A DNA stretch of 64,000 bases from Parcubacteria group bacterium GW2011_GWA2_42_14 (GTDB lineage: Bacteria; Patescibacteriota; Minisyncoccia; Sungbacterales; GWA2-42-14). Each line of letters begins with the position of its first letter. Position 1 is the stretch's first letter. The notes beneath the pieces are model-generated. The model was not told where the DNA came from, searched no databases, and saw only the letters and a list, made by a program, of their open reading frames with translations. This document shows, piece after piece, positions 1 through 9,284 of the stretch. The stretch lies in contig LCCV01000004.1 in assembly GCA_000998135.1 (NCBI GenBank), positions 21,681 through 85,680 of the forward strand, written 5' to 3'. The position numbers and the translations under genes were made by a program.

Positions 1-564
1 ATAATTTTTGAAGCCGGCAGTGCGCACCTTTTCAAGTTTTGCCCTTTCTTCGTTGGTAAATAAGGGACCGTTGATATGGAAACTGCGATGAAGAATATGA
101 ATTGATTCTCCCGGATAAACCATGTAAGCCGGACCGCCCCGGAAAATAAGGCGCTGGCCGCCCTCTTCAAGCCGTTCAAGAACCGCGCTATCAGCTCCTG
201 CCTTAAACAAAACCCTTACCGGTGTTTTCACTGAAACAGGATGATTTAATCTCAAATCCAGATTTTTGGTATTGGAAGTGTCAACCCACTTAACTCTGGC
301 TTGTCGCCCTTTGGCGTCAAACCACAGAGGCACCGTTGGTCCGAAACCGGCTATAGACTTTAGCTCTTTTTCGAGTTCCGGATTATTAATCATAGCGCTA
401 TTCAAGCGAATACCGGCAAGCCGGTTGTCATTGGCAAACTTGGAAAAATGGGGAAAACTCGGCCACAGCGTTACCATCAGCTTAAGCGGTTTTAATAAAA
501 CGGCCTCCGGAATTTTGTTTTTCGAGAGGCCCGGTATCAACTTTTTTAAGAGGCTCGGATTCAT
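1..564 (-). CDS. hypothetical protein. N-terminal part only; the 3' end lies beyond the window start
   Basis: Reverse-strand ATG at 562-564 opens a frame that stays open to position 1 (MNPSLLKKLIPGLSKNK...). No motif recognised. Confidence 0.4.
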   Translation of the reverse strand, partial: MNPSLLKKLIPGLSKNKIPEAVLLKPLKLMVTLWPSFPHFSKFANDNRLAGIRLNSAMINNPELEKELKSIAGFGPTVPLWFDAKGRQARVKWVDTSNTKNLDLRLNHPVSVKTPVRVLFKAGADSAVLERLEEGGQRLIFRGGPAYMVYPGESIHILHRSFHINGPLFTNEERAKLEKVRTAGFKNY

Positions 565-569
565 TTCCG

Positions 570-1541
570 TTATTCCTTTTTGGATTTGCGCGTTACCGAA
601 TGTCCATCTCCCAAACGGCGTTTGGAATCATTTGCCGACGGCAAGGCGTGAACGGTGCGAAGCGCTGTATAAACACTCTTAACCTGTTCCGGCTTCTGCC
701 GATCTTCAAGTTCCTTTTTGAAGTATTTAACCCTTCCGGCTTCTTTGGCCATAATGCCAAAAATCACATCAACCACACGTTCCGGATCGCCCAGAAGAGC
801 AATGTGGTCTTCGCCGACCAAGTCAGCCCAATCTTCATGAACTCTCTTAGTGGTTCCTGTCAGCGGGCCATCGCTAAGATGATCATCGCCGTATGGTTTC
901 TGAACAAAGTAAACGGAATAATGCTGTTTTAGTTCTTCAAAAACTTGGTCTGTCTTGATTTTTTGTTTGGTATTAATATGTGCCAATGTTTCGGCTTGGT
1001 TAGGGTCTACATAATTATACGGAGATTCGTCGCCGATAAAAATTAAAAGCGGTCTTATGGCATTAGGCATATTCACGTTTCTCGCGTAATAAAGAGCGGC
1101 AAGTTCATAACTTTCCTGGGTTGTTCCTCCGCCCTGACCCTCAATGACAAGCTCCTTTAGTCTTACGGCAAGATCAGTGCCCTTGGCAAATGGGCGAACC
1201 TGCAGCGGATAATCCTCGCCATTATGCGCGTCTCCGATAGCGCCCCAACTAATTTCTACGTCCTTTCCCATATATTCTGTCTTGGCTTCATGTTCCAGAT
1301 ACGGAAGTTTAGAAAACATAGTTGCCGGCCACTCTCCCATTGAACCTGTTTGGTCGGTAATAATTACCAAAGGATTGGTGCTTTCGGTAGAAAGTTTTTT
1401 GGGAACAAGATCTTTTGCCTTAACACCCTTGCTTACCGCCTTGCTGTAACTGCCTGCCGCATAACTCCGATAACTCCGGCGGGCACTGTCAAAATCATGA
1501 CCCGACCATACACCCGGACTATAATCGCCTGCTTCAGACAT
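570..1541 (-). CDS. von Willebrand factor A (vWA) domain protein, TerY-like
   Basis: 323-aa ORF. MIDAS-like motif LVIITDQTGSMGE (DxTGS). Divergent from the adjacent kinase/PP2C pair. Confidence 0.7.
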   Translation of the reverse strand: MSEAGDYSPGVWSGHDFDSARRSYRSYAAGSYSKAVSKGVKAKDLVPKKLSTESTNPLVIITDQTGSMGEWPATMFSKLPYLEHEAKTEYMGKDVEISWGAIGDAHNGEDYPLQVRPFAKGTDLAVRLKELVIEGQGGGTTQESYELAALYYARNVNMPNAIRPLLIFIGDESPYNYVDPNQAETLAHINTKQKIKTDQVFEELKQHYSVYFVQKPYGDDHLSDGPLTGTTKRVHEDWADLVGEDHIALLGDPERVVDVIFGIMAKEAGRVKYFKKELEDRQKPEQVKSVYTALRTVHALPSANDSKRRLGDGHSVTRKSKKE

Positions 1542-1800
1542 GGTTTTTTTTCCTTGTTTTTAAAGGTCTAACTGTATAATTATTAGTACTCTATTACCAA
1601 AATAATGTCAAGCCCCGTTAGAGGTTTAAAATTGTCTCCTTACCTGCTTTAGTGTAAGACGTAAGCCGCATTCGCTGTAGGTCTAATTTAAACTAATGTC
1701 TAATTTCGAACCTCTAACGGGGCAAGGCCTGCGGCTTGACAATTAAAAATTATCGTATATTATATAACAAATGATAGTTCGTTAAAAATCAGGAGGATTT

Positions 1801-2841
1801 ATGGCGCGCTTGGAAACCATTGGAAATCTTTATGAGGTTTTGGAAGTAAGCCCCAATGCTTCGGAAGAAGTAATGCGAGCTGCGGCCAAGGCATTAATGG
1901 TAAAATACCATCCTGATAGAGGAGGAGATGTTAATCGTTTTAAAGATGTAAGTTCAGCGCTGGAAATTCTTACCGACCCCAAAGCGCGGGCTCGGCTGGA
2001 AAATAATTTTAGAGATATGAGCGGAAAGGTTGTCGGTGAATATCGCATTTTGGCAAAGATTGCCGAAGGCGGTTTTGGAAAAACCTATAAAGCAGAACAC
2101 ATTGCCGTAGGAGAGCCCGTTTGCATCAAACACTGCCATAATCTGGATAAATTAGATGAAGCGATTCTCATAGAAGAGACAAAAATTATGTGGGACCTGC
2201 GCCATTTCTCCATTCCGGCGATTCGGGGAATCTTAAGGATGCCGGATAAAAAACTGGCCATGGTTATGAGTTATATTCCGGGACCGACTCTCGCCCAAAT
2301 CATAGAAAAGGTTTCCGAAAAAAATGAAGAACTCGACCCCGAACACGTCGCCTGGATTACGGAAAGAGTTCTTAACGCGCTTAGATATATTCACTATCAG
2401 GGTGTTGTGCACGGCGATCTTAAGCCCCATAATATCATCATTGAACCGGATAAACATTTAGCGTCTCTGGTTGATTTCGGTCTTGCCAAAATCAAACCAA
2501 AAGCCAAGTCGGGCAATAAGGGCTATACCGAATTATTTTCGGCTCCCGAGGTAATAGACGGAGGAACGATACTTCCGGAATCCGACTTTTACAGTTTGGG
2601 AATGACGATGATATATGCTTTATCGGGGGACGTAGGGCATTTGTTTAGAAAAGAAGTGCCCCGGCATACTCCCGAACCAATGAAAAAGTTTATTTCAAGA
2701 CTGATTGTGCGTAATCCATTATCAAGGCCGAAATGGCCCAAGGATCCCAATGCCCCTGACCCCTGGGACGAATTCCTTGAAGTAAGAAAAGAATCGTTTG
2801 GCAGAAACCGTTCAAAGTTAAAACCCATCCCCGGATTTTAG
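1801..2841 (+). CDS. J-domain (DnaJ-like) fused to Ser/Thr protein kinase
   Basis: N-terminal YEVLEVSPNASEEVMRAAAKALMVKYHPDRGGD with the HPD motif. Kinase motifs GFGKTY, HGDLKPHNIII, DFGLAK and APE. RBS aggagg upstream. Confidence 0.75.
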   Translation: MARLETIGNLYEVLEVSPNASEEVMRAAAKALMVKYHPDRGGDVNRFKDVSSALEILTDPKARARLENNFRDMSGKVVGEYRILAKIAEGGFGKTYKAEHIAVGEPVCIKHCHNLDKLDEAILIEETKIMWDLRHFSIPAIRGILRMPDKKLAMVMSYIPGPTLAQIIEKVSEKNEELDPEHVAWITERVLNALRYIHYQGVVHGDLKPHNIIIEPDKHLASLVDFGLAKIKPKAKSGNKGYTELFSAPEVIDGGTILPESDFYSLGMTMIYALSGDVGHLFRKEVPRHTPEPMKKFISRLIVRNPLSRPKWPKDPNAPDPWDEFLEVRKESFGRNRSKLKPIPGF

Positions 2842-2891
2842 CAACCATGTTATCCCTTAAACAGCAACAATGGGCATAAGAGAACATACTC

Positions 2892-3635
2892 ATGAAAAAC
2901 ACAATCACCCGGGCTCAAAGGCGGGGTTCACGAGATTATCAGGAAGATTATTATTATTTTTCCCGTATGGAAACGGCGGAACTTAATGGATGGATGCTTG
3001 CGGTAATGGATGGCCATGATGGTAAAGAGGTGGCAGAGTTTTGCCGGGAAGAAATCGGTAAACTATTTGAAATTATCAACCCGGACGAGACGGAACCAAA
3101 GCTTCGCCGTCTCGTGAGCGAACTGAATTCTCGCACCGCAAACTTCCAAGCCGGTTCAACGCTTTCCGTTGCCGTCATTCTCGAAAGCCATTTTATGGCG
3201 TCAATCGCGATTCTGGGAGATTCCCCTGTTGTAGTATTTGATAAGCATGGAAAACTCCATGCAAGTCCTGAACACAATGTTCGTTCGAATCCCGAAGAAC
3301 GCGCGGCCGTTGAAAAACGGGGCGGTGTGTATAGCGACGGATATATTTTTACCCGAGAAAGCAATAACGGCCTTCAACTTAGCAGGGCTCTGGGAAATGC
3401 GCATCTTAACGAAATTCTTTCGCGCGAACCCGATATCTATACAATTTCCGACCCGCAATGGGTACTGGTTGCATCAGATGGGGTTTTTGACCCGTCTCAC
3501 GAACATACTTCCCATCTTCTTGAAGAAATAAAACAGCACGCCATGAATAATGCTTCGGCGGAAGATATTGTGCGGTGGGCGGAAATTCGCGGATTGGAAG
3601 ATAACGCCACGGCCATTGTCTGGAGTTTACCGTAA
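2892..3635 (+). CDS. PP2C-family Ser/Thr protein phosphatase
   Basis: MLAVMDGHDG motif and a C-terminal VASDGV motif. 247 aa, immediately downstream of the kinase. Confidence 0.7.
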   Translation: MKNTITRAQRRGSRDYQEDYYYFSRMETAELNGWMLAVMDGHDGKEVAEFCREEIGKLFEIINPDETEPKLRRLVSELNSRTANFQAGSTLSVAVILESHFMASIAILGDSPVVVFDKHGKLHASPEHNVRSNPEERAAVEKRGGVYSDGYIFTRESNNGLQLSRALGNAHLNEILSREPDIYTISDPQWVLVASDGVFDPSHEHTSHLLEEIKQHAMNNASAEDIVRWAEIRGLEDNATAIVWSLP

Positions 3636-3655
3636 AAATAAAAATCCCGCGGTTA

Positions 3656-3679
3656 ACCCCGCGGTTTTTAAATTTCTCA
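3656..3679. terminator. intrinsic terminator, bidirectional
   Basis: CCGCGG-TTAACC-CCGCGG hairpin followed by a T-run. It sits between convergent genes. Confidence 0.5.
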
Positions 3680-3692
3680 ATCCGGGCTTTTG

Positions 3693-4238
3693 TCACTCAA
3701 TAAAATCAAGTTCGTCTAAAGATTTTTCGTAGCCGTCAATGGCCTTGTCAATTTCTTGGCGAGAAACAGGCCGGTTGGGGTCATGAGCTATTAAATTCCT
3801 GATTTTGTGCGCTTCCCACAATTCATCAATGGAATTAAGTTTGGAGCGGTCAAATTGTTTCAGCCGTTCTCCCATAGTTTCTCCCTGAAGGCCGATACGC
3901 TTCAGTAAATCGTCCGTAATGGAGTCGGCTTCAATTACGGCGAGTTTCCAGTCGGATGGATTGGGAGAGGCGGCTTTGTCCAAAACGCTTTGCCATTTTT
4001 GGGAAACATCAGTTTTCATGGAATCCGGAATTTTTCCGAAACTTTCTTCAACTATTTCTTCTATCGCTTCAAGCGCGGTTTTTTTAGGGCGGCGCAAACG
4101 GAAAAATAGAACATTTATATAAACGATGGCGGCAAAAAATATTATGGAAAAAAAACCGGCAAAAATTTTAATCCAAAAAATCAGGGTTTCTCCGCCCGAA
4201 GAATAAAACCAGTCTAAAAAGTTAAAATAAAGTTCCAT
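3693..4238 (-). CDS. hypothetical membrane protein
   Basis: 181 aa with hydrophobic N-terminal segments. No recognised domain. Confidence 0.4.
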   Translation of the reverse strand: MELYFNFLDWFYSSGGETLIFWIKIFAGFFSIIFFAAIVYINVLFFRLRRPKKTALEAIEEIVEESFGKIPDSMKTDVSQKWQSVLDKAASPNPSDWKLAVIEADSITDDLLKRIGLQGETMGERLKQFDRSKLNSIDELWEAHKIRNLIAHDPNRPVSRQEIDKAIDGYEKSLDELDFIE

Positions 4239-4454
4239 AATTGAATTGGTACTGATTGAAACTTGTTTCTTGCTTCGTTCGAAACGAAACTCATAGAAAC
4301 TAAATCTTCCGTCATTCTTCTCCCCCTAATACTTAGGAAGTAGGAATTAAAGAGGGTGGAGTTAATTTCGCGAGTCCCGAGCACGCCGAGGGATGAGCAA
4401 GTTTCTATTAATTTTTATGAATATTTTGAATGCCGAAAAACAGAGTTGGAAATC

Positions 4455-5918
4455 TCATAAAATTTTTTCCAATTGCGCGGCTATATTAAAAACTCTATCC
4501 TCCTGAAACCACGGGGCGATAAACTGGATTCCGACCGGCAATTTTTTACCTTCTTGCTCAACCCCTCGGCCATGCTCGGGGTAAACCCATCCGGCATTCA
4601 TGGAAAGGCCGGGCAAGCCCGCTAAATTGACGGCAACCGTGTAAATATCGGCCAAATACATTTTTAACGGGTCATCAGTTCTTTCTCCGAATTTAAACGC
4701 GGGGGTCGGAGAGGTCGGCCCGGCAATGATATCAACTTCTTTAAACGCTTTTTCAAAATCTTCTTTAATTAACCGCCTGACTTTCTGGGCCTTAAGATAA
4801 TAAGCGTCATAATAACCGGCGGAAAGCGTATATGTTCCGAGCATTATCCGTCTTTTTACTTCATCTCCAAAACCCTCGGCCCGCGTTTTAGCGTAGATAT
4901 CGTATAAACTTGTTTCTTGTCTCTTGTCGCTTGTCACTAATCCATACCGGATTCCATCAAACCGCGCGAGATTAGCCGATACTTCCGCCGGCATAATTAT
5001 ATAGTATGCGGCTAAAGCATATTCAGATATAGGCAAAGATATTTCCTTTATTTCATGGCCCAAGTCCTGAAGTTTTTTTATCGCATCACGTACAATTTTT
5101 TCTACATCAGAATCAAGGCCCTGACCAAAATACTCTTTAGGCAGTCCGATTTTGAATTTAAGATTTGGGATTTGGGATTTGGGATTTGATTCGACAGTTG
5201 TCGAATCTAACGGGTCTTTTCCCTTAATCACATCAAAAACAATTTTGGCGTCTTCAGCTGTTTTGGTTAAAGGACCGATTTGGTCAAGCGAAGAAGCCAT
5301 TGCTATAAGACCAGAACGCGAAACCATGCCATAAGTCGGTTTTAGGCCCACAACTCCGCAAAAAGAGGCGGGCTGACGGATGGAGCCACCGGTATCAGAC
5401 CCAAGGGCGGAAATACACATGTTTGCCGCAACAGCCGCGGCAGAACCGCCGGAAGAGCCGCCCGGAACGCAAGATGGGTCATGGGGATTTTTAGTCGGTT
5501 TAAATGCGGAATTTTCGGTTGAAGAACCCATGGCAAATTCATCCATATTGGTTCTGCCCAAAAAAATCGCACCTGTTTTTTTCATACGGGCAATAGCAGT
5601 CGCGTCATAGGACGCTTCGTAGTTTTCCAAAATTTTTGACGCGGCCGAGACACGTTTTCCCTCAATAAAAATATTGTCTTTAACAGCAAAAGGAATGCCC
5701 CAAAGAGGGGGCAATTCGTTAAAATCGGACGTTGCTCCATCCAGCCGTTTTGCTTCATTAAGCGCGTCTTCCCCATAGACCTCGAGATAGGCATTCAGTT
5801 CTTTATTTTTATCAATCGCTTTCAGGCAATCAGAAACAAGCTCTGCTATGGAAAATTTTTTGCTCCGTAAACCATCCTGAACTTGTTTAATTGTTAATTC
5901 GCAAAGCTCCATTCTCAT
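4455..5918 (-). CDS. gatA: Glu-tRNA(Gln)/Asp-tRNA(Asn) amidotransferase subunit A
   Basis: Amidase signature GGSSGGSAAAVA. 487 aa. Ends in TGA. Contains a repeat-derived in-frame insert (5148-5220). Confidence 0.9.
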   Translation of the reverse strand: MRMELCELTIKQVQDGLRSKKFSIAELVSDCLKAIDKNKELNAYLEVYGEDALNEAKRLDGATSDFNELPPLWGIPFAVKDNIFIEGKRVSAASKILENYEASYDATAIARMKKTGAIFLGRTNMDEFAMGSSTENSAFKPTKNPHDPSCVPGGSSGGSAAAVAANMCISALGSDTGGSIRQPASFCGVVGLKPTYGMVSRSGLIAMASSLDQIGPLTKTAEDAKIVFDVIKGKDPLDSTTVESNPKSQIPNLKFKIGLPKEYFGQGLDSDVEKIVRDAIKKLQDLGHEIKEISLPISEYALAAYYIIMPAEVSANLARFDGIRYGLVTSDKRQETSLYDIYAKTRAEGFGDEVKRRIMLGTYTLSAGYYDAYYLKAQKVRRLIKEDFEKAFKEVDIIAGPTSPTPAFKFGERTDDPLKMYLADIYTVAVNLAGLPGLSMNAGWVYPEHGRGVEQEGKKLPVGIQFIAPWFQEDRVFNIAAQLEKIL

Positions 5919-6006
5919 AAGGCGACTCTAACGACTCGAATTTTGCACACGAATGACTCGAATAAGTTATTAGAGTCATTCGAGTGTAATTCGTATATTG
6001 GAGTCG

Positions 6007-6333
6007 CTAATTAAATACTGACTTCACTTTCACAAATCCCTCTTTATGCTCCGGCGCGGCTTTTACGAGCTGAGCCACTTTTGACAATTTTTCTTCATGG
6101 TTAAAAGCATTTTCAATAATTTCATCTTTCCTCATGCAATTTATTAAATCTGTTCCGCCGGTAAGCGGCGCGACATTTTCCGTATTCACTTCATTTAATT
6201 TCGTCACAAAATTCAAAACCGCCGAAAGGTCTTTTTCGTTTTTCTCTTCCTCTGCCGGAGTTAAATCTATGCGGGCAAGTTTGGAAATATGCTGAACGTC
6301 TTTTTTTGAAATAGCCATTGTTTTTGTCTCCAA
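6007..6333 (-). CDS. gatC: amidotransferase subunit C
   Basis: 108 aa; MAISKKDVQHISKLARIDL... is a typical GatC N-terminus. Lies upstream of gatA on the same strand. Confidence 0.75.
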   Translation of the reverse strand: METKTMAISKKDVQHISKLARIDLTPAEEEKNEKDLSAVLNFVTKLNEVNTENVAPLTGGTDLINCMRKDEIIENAFNHEEKLSKVAQLVKAAPEHKEGFVKVKSVFN

Positions 6334-6417
6334 TCATTCACTAATTTTATTCGCGAATATTCGCGAAATAATTCGCAATTGATTAGTGATTTTGGAGATA
6401 TTCAGAAACCCTTTTTA

Positions 6418-6774
6418 TCAGTTCCGAAGGGTCAATATTGGTTTTACCAAAAAATCCACGATATTAAGTTTTTCGGTGGCTTCGCGATATTCTTCGCGGC
6501 CGTAATTCGTAAGCATCATTACCGGAATTTTTTTAAACTCTCCTTGTTCCTCATTATTTTTAAAACATCTAAGCCGTCAAGTTTCGGCATGCGTATATCA
6601 AGAATCACAAAATCCGGGTTTTTCCTGTTGAATAAGCTCAGGGTCTTCTTTTCCATCCTTGGCAAGCAAAACCTCCATCCCTTTGTTATTAAAGAGTTTT
6701 TTATAAAGAGTCAGAAGCACCGGGTCGTTGTCAACAACCAAGATTATTTTCTTTGTTTCGTTTTCTTGGGGCAT
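6418..6774 (-). pseudogene. CheY-like response-regulator receiver domain with two compensating frameshifts
   Basis: N-terminal (MPQENETKKIILVVDNDP...EKP) and C-terminal (EFKKIPVMMLTNYGREEY...FLVKPI) segments are in one frame. The central DFVILDIRMPKLDGLDVLKIMRNKE segment is in the +1 frame. The frame-1 reading hits TGA after KPGFCDS. Confidence 0.5.
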
Positions 6775-6844
6775 ATAGTTTTAATGATAAATTACCTTAA
6801 TACAAAAATCAATTCTTTAAATTCCAAAATTTGGATTCATAATC

Positions 6845-6958
6845 TCAAAAAATCCAAAATCCTAATACCCAAATCCCGAATAAATTCAAATTTTAAAATT
6901 CAAAATAGTTTCAACATTTGGTCATTCGGGATTTGAAATTTTGAATTTGGGATTTCAA
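6845..6958. repeat. MITE-like repeat, family F1 (AAATCCCAAATCCCGAATAAATTCAAATTTTAAAATTCAAAAT ... inverted partner)
   Basis: Internal inverted repeat. Homologous copy at 10631-10752. Fragments lie inside gatA and gatB. Confidence 0.65.
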
Positions 6959-6987
6959 TATGCTGAATTTGTTTACTATTTATGGCT

Positions 6988-9219
6988 TCATTTAATAATA
7001 TTTAAAAATTCTTCCTCACTCAATATTTTTACTCCAAATTTCATGGCCTTATTATATTTTAAACCCGGATTTTCACCAGCAACGACATAATCAGTTTTTT
7101 TGTTTACACTTTCAGATATTTCTCCGCCCAAATTGCGGATTTTTCCTTTGGCTTCGTCTCGCGTGAACGATTCTAATTCCCCGGTCAGAACAAACGTTTT
7201 ATCTTTAAACTTGTGTTTTTTTGGTTTTTGGGATTCAATTTTAATTTTTAAGCCAGCTTTTTTAAACCTGTTTAAAAGTTCCCGATTTTTTTTGTCCCGG
7301 AACCAGTTATAAATGCTTTTGGCAACGACACCGCCTATGTCTCGGATTTTTTCCAGTTTTTCCGGTGAGGCCAAATTTAAAGCATTAATTGAACCGAAAT
7401 TTTTGGCAAGGTCAATTGCCGTTTCTTCTCCGACATGATGAATTCCGAGAGAATAAATAAAACGGTTTAATTCAATCGTCCTTTTTTGATTTATGGACGC
7501 GATTAACTTAGAGGCGGATTTTTCGGCAAAACGCTCCAGCGGCTCCAGTTCTTCTTTTTTCAGAGTAAAAATATCAGCCGCGTTTTTAATCAGTCCCGAT
7601 TCAATCAGCGCGTCAATTATTTTCGGGCCGAGACCCTGTATATCAAAAGCTTTTTTGGAAATAAAATGATAAAGTTTTTCGCGCTCTACCGCGCCGCAAT
7701 TTTTATTGGAGCAGTAATAGGCAACGCTAAATTCCTGTTTCTTGTCAGCGCTTTCTATTTTTTTTACCGGCGAGTTGCATACGGGGCAATGAAGCGGCAT
7801 ATGAAATTCTTTCGCGTTTTTTGGGCGCAGACGCCGCAAAACTCCGGTAACCGCGGGAATCACGTCTCCGGCCCGTTCGACTATGACCGTATCGCCGGTT
7901 CTCACATCAAGTCGGCGAATTTCATCTATGTTATGAAGAGTGGCATGAGTAACGGTTACTCCGCCTATTCTTACCGGTTTTAATGTTGCCACCGGAGTTA
8001 AAACTCCGGTTCTTCCGACCTGAACGATTATATTCTTAACAATGGTTGTCGTTTCCTCGGCAGGAAATTTGAAAGCGATAGCGCCTCTCGGAGCTTTTCC
8101 CACAATTCCTAATTTTTCAAAAATTTTTCCGTTATTTATCTGTATCACTACGCCATCAATTAAAAAGGGAAGTTTTTCCCTTTTTCTTCCGACCTCTTTC
8201 CAAAATTCAATAATTTCGTTCGTGTTTTTACAATGTTTCGTAAGCGGTACTGTAGGGAAACCAAGTATTCTCATAATTAAATGTTCTTCCTCGTGGGTTT
8301 CTTGGCCGAGATTCGTAACCAAATCCCAGGCAAAGAATTCAAGGTTTCTTGACGCGGTAATTTTTGGATTAAGCTGTCTTATGGAGCCCGCGGCGATATT
8401 TCGGGGATTGGCAAAAACCGGCAACCCTTTCTTTTTCTGTTCCTTGTTTGCCGCGTTAAACGCGTCTTTGGGCATATAAACTTCGCCTCTTACTTCAATT
8501 TCAGTAATTTTATGGATTGATGAGAGGAATTGCTTAACGCGCGGATATTTTTCAAGAATAATTTTTATTTCCTTGTGTTTTTTGGATAATTCTACGATAT
8601 TTTTTTGTATGCTCAGCGGGATTGATTCCACTGTTTTTAAGTTTTCCGTAACGTCTTCGCCGGTAATTCCGTCTCCGCGGGTTGACCCCGTTAGAAGTTT
8701 AAATAAAATGTTACTTGATTCAAGGGGCATAAGGCGAAAGCCGTTTTGCTTTAAGCTGTTATTGTCATAGTTGGCGTGTTGCCGGACTCCTAACCGGATT
8801 GAGCCGGTTTTAAAAACGCCGTTTTTATAAATGAGAGATACGGCAAAACCGTCGCCCTTGGCTTCGGCAAAATAATCTAATTCTGAAACATGAAACTTGA
8901 AATCTGAAACAAGTTTTTTGATACGGGTTTCCCATTCATGAAGTTCTTCTTCGGAAAAAGCGTCATTTAAAGAAGTCATGCGAACCGTATGCGCAACTTT
9001 TCTGAATTTTTCCAAAGGATTGCCGCCGACCCTTTGCGTCGGCGAATCCGGTGTTAAAAACTCGGGGAACTGTTTTTCGAGTTTCATCAGTTCGTTTTTT
9101 AGGGAATCCAAAGCGGCGTCGGAAATTTCCTGTTTGTCCAAGACATGATAAAGATAGCGGTGATAATTGATTTCTTTTTTTAGTTTTTCTATGCGATCAA
9201 AAACCCTTTTTTTATCCAT
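6988..9219 (-). CDS. ligA: NAD-dependent DNA ligase
   Basis: 743 aa. Adenylation K-x-DG region, Cys4 zinc finger (CPVCNSP...CSNKNCG), HhH and C-terminal BRCT. Ends in TGA. Confidence 0.9.
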   Translation of the reverse strand: MDKKRVFDRIEKLKKEINYHRYLYHVLDKQEISDAALDSLKNELMKLEKQFPEFLTPDSPTQRVGGNPLEKFRKVAHTVRMTSLNDAFSEEELHEWETRIKKLVSDFKFHVSELDYFAEAKGDGFAVSLIYKNGVFKTGSIRLGVRQHANYDNNSLKQNGFRLMPLESSNILFKLLTGSTRGDGITGEDVTENLKTVESIPLSIQKNIVELSKKHKEIKIILEKYPRVKQFLSSIHKITEIEVRGEVYMPKDAFNAANKEQKKKGLPVFANPRNIAAGSIRQLNPKITASRNLEFFAWDLVTNLGQETHEEEHLIMRILGFPTVPLTKHCKNTNEIIEFWKEVGRKREKLPFLIDGVVIQINNGKIFEKLGIVGKAPRGAIAFKFPAEETTTIVKNIIVQVGRTGVLTPVATLKPVRIGGVTVTHATLHNIDEIRRLDVRTGDTVIVERAGDVIPAVTGVLRRLRPKNAKEFHMPLHCPVCNSPVKKIESADKKQEFSVAYYCSNKNCGAVEREKLYHFISKKAFDIQGLGPKIIDALIESGLIKNAADIFTLKKEELEPLERFAEKSASKLIASINQKRTIELNRFIYSLGIHHVGEETAIDLAKNFGSINALNLASPEKLEKIRDIGGVVAKSIYNWFRDKKNRELLNRFKKAGLKIKIESQKPKKHKFKDKTFVLTGELESFTRDEAKGKIRNLGGEISESVNKKTDYVVAGENPGLKYNKAMKFGVKILSEEEFLNIIK

Positions 9220-9284
9220 GTTTACAAAATTAAAAATGAGTGTGTTTTTACTAACCAGTGAAGGCGCAATATCCTTATTCGGTT

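Noticed and set aside
6379-6936. 185-aa plus-strand ORF of low-complexity sequence
   Set aside because: It overlaps the MITE F1 copy and lies antisense to the frameshifted receiver gene. Its composition is repeat-driven (runs of F/I/K). It is almost certainly not coding.
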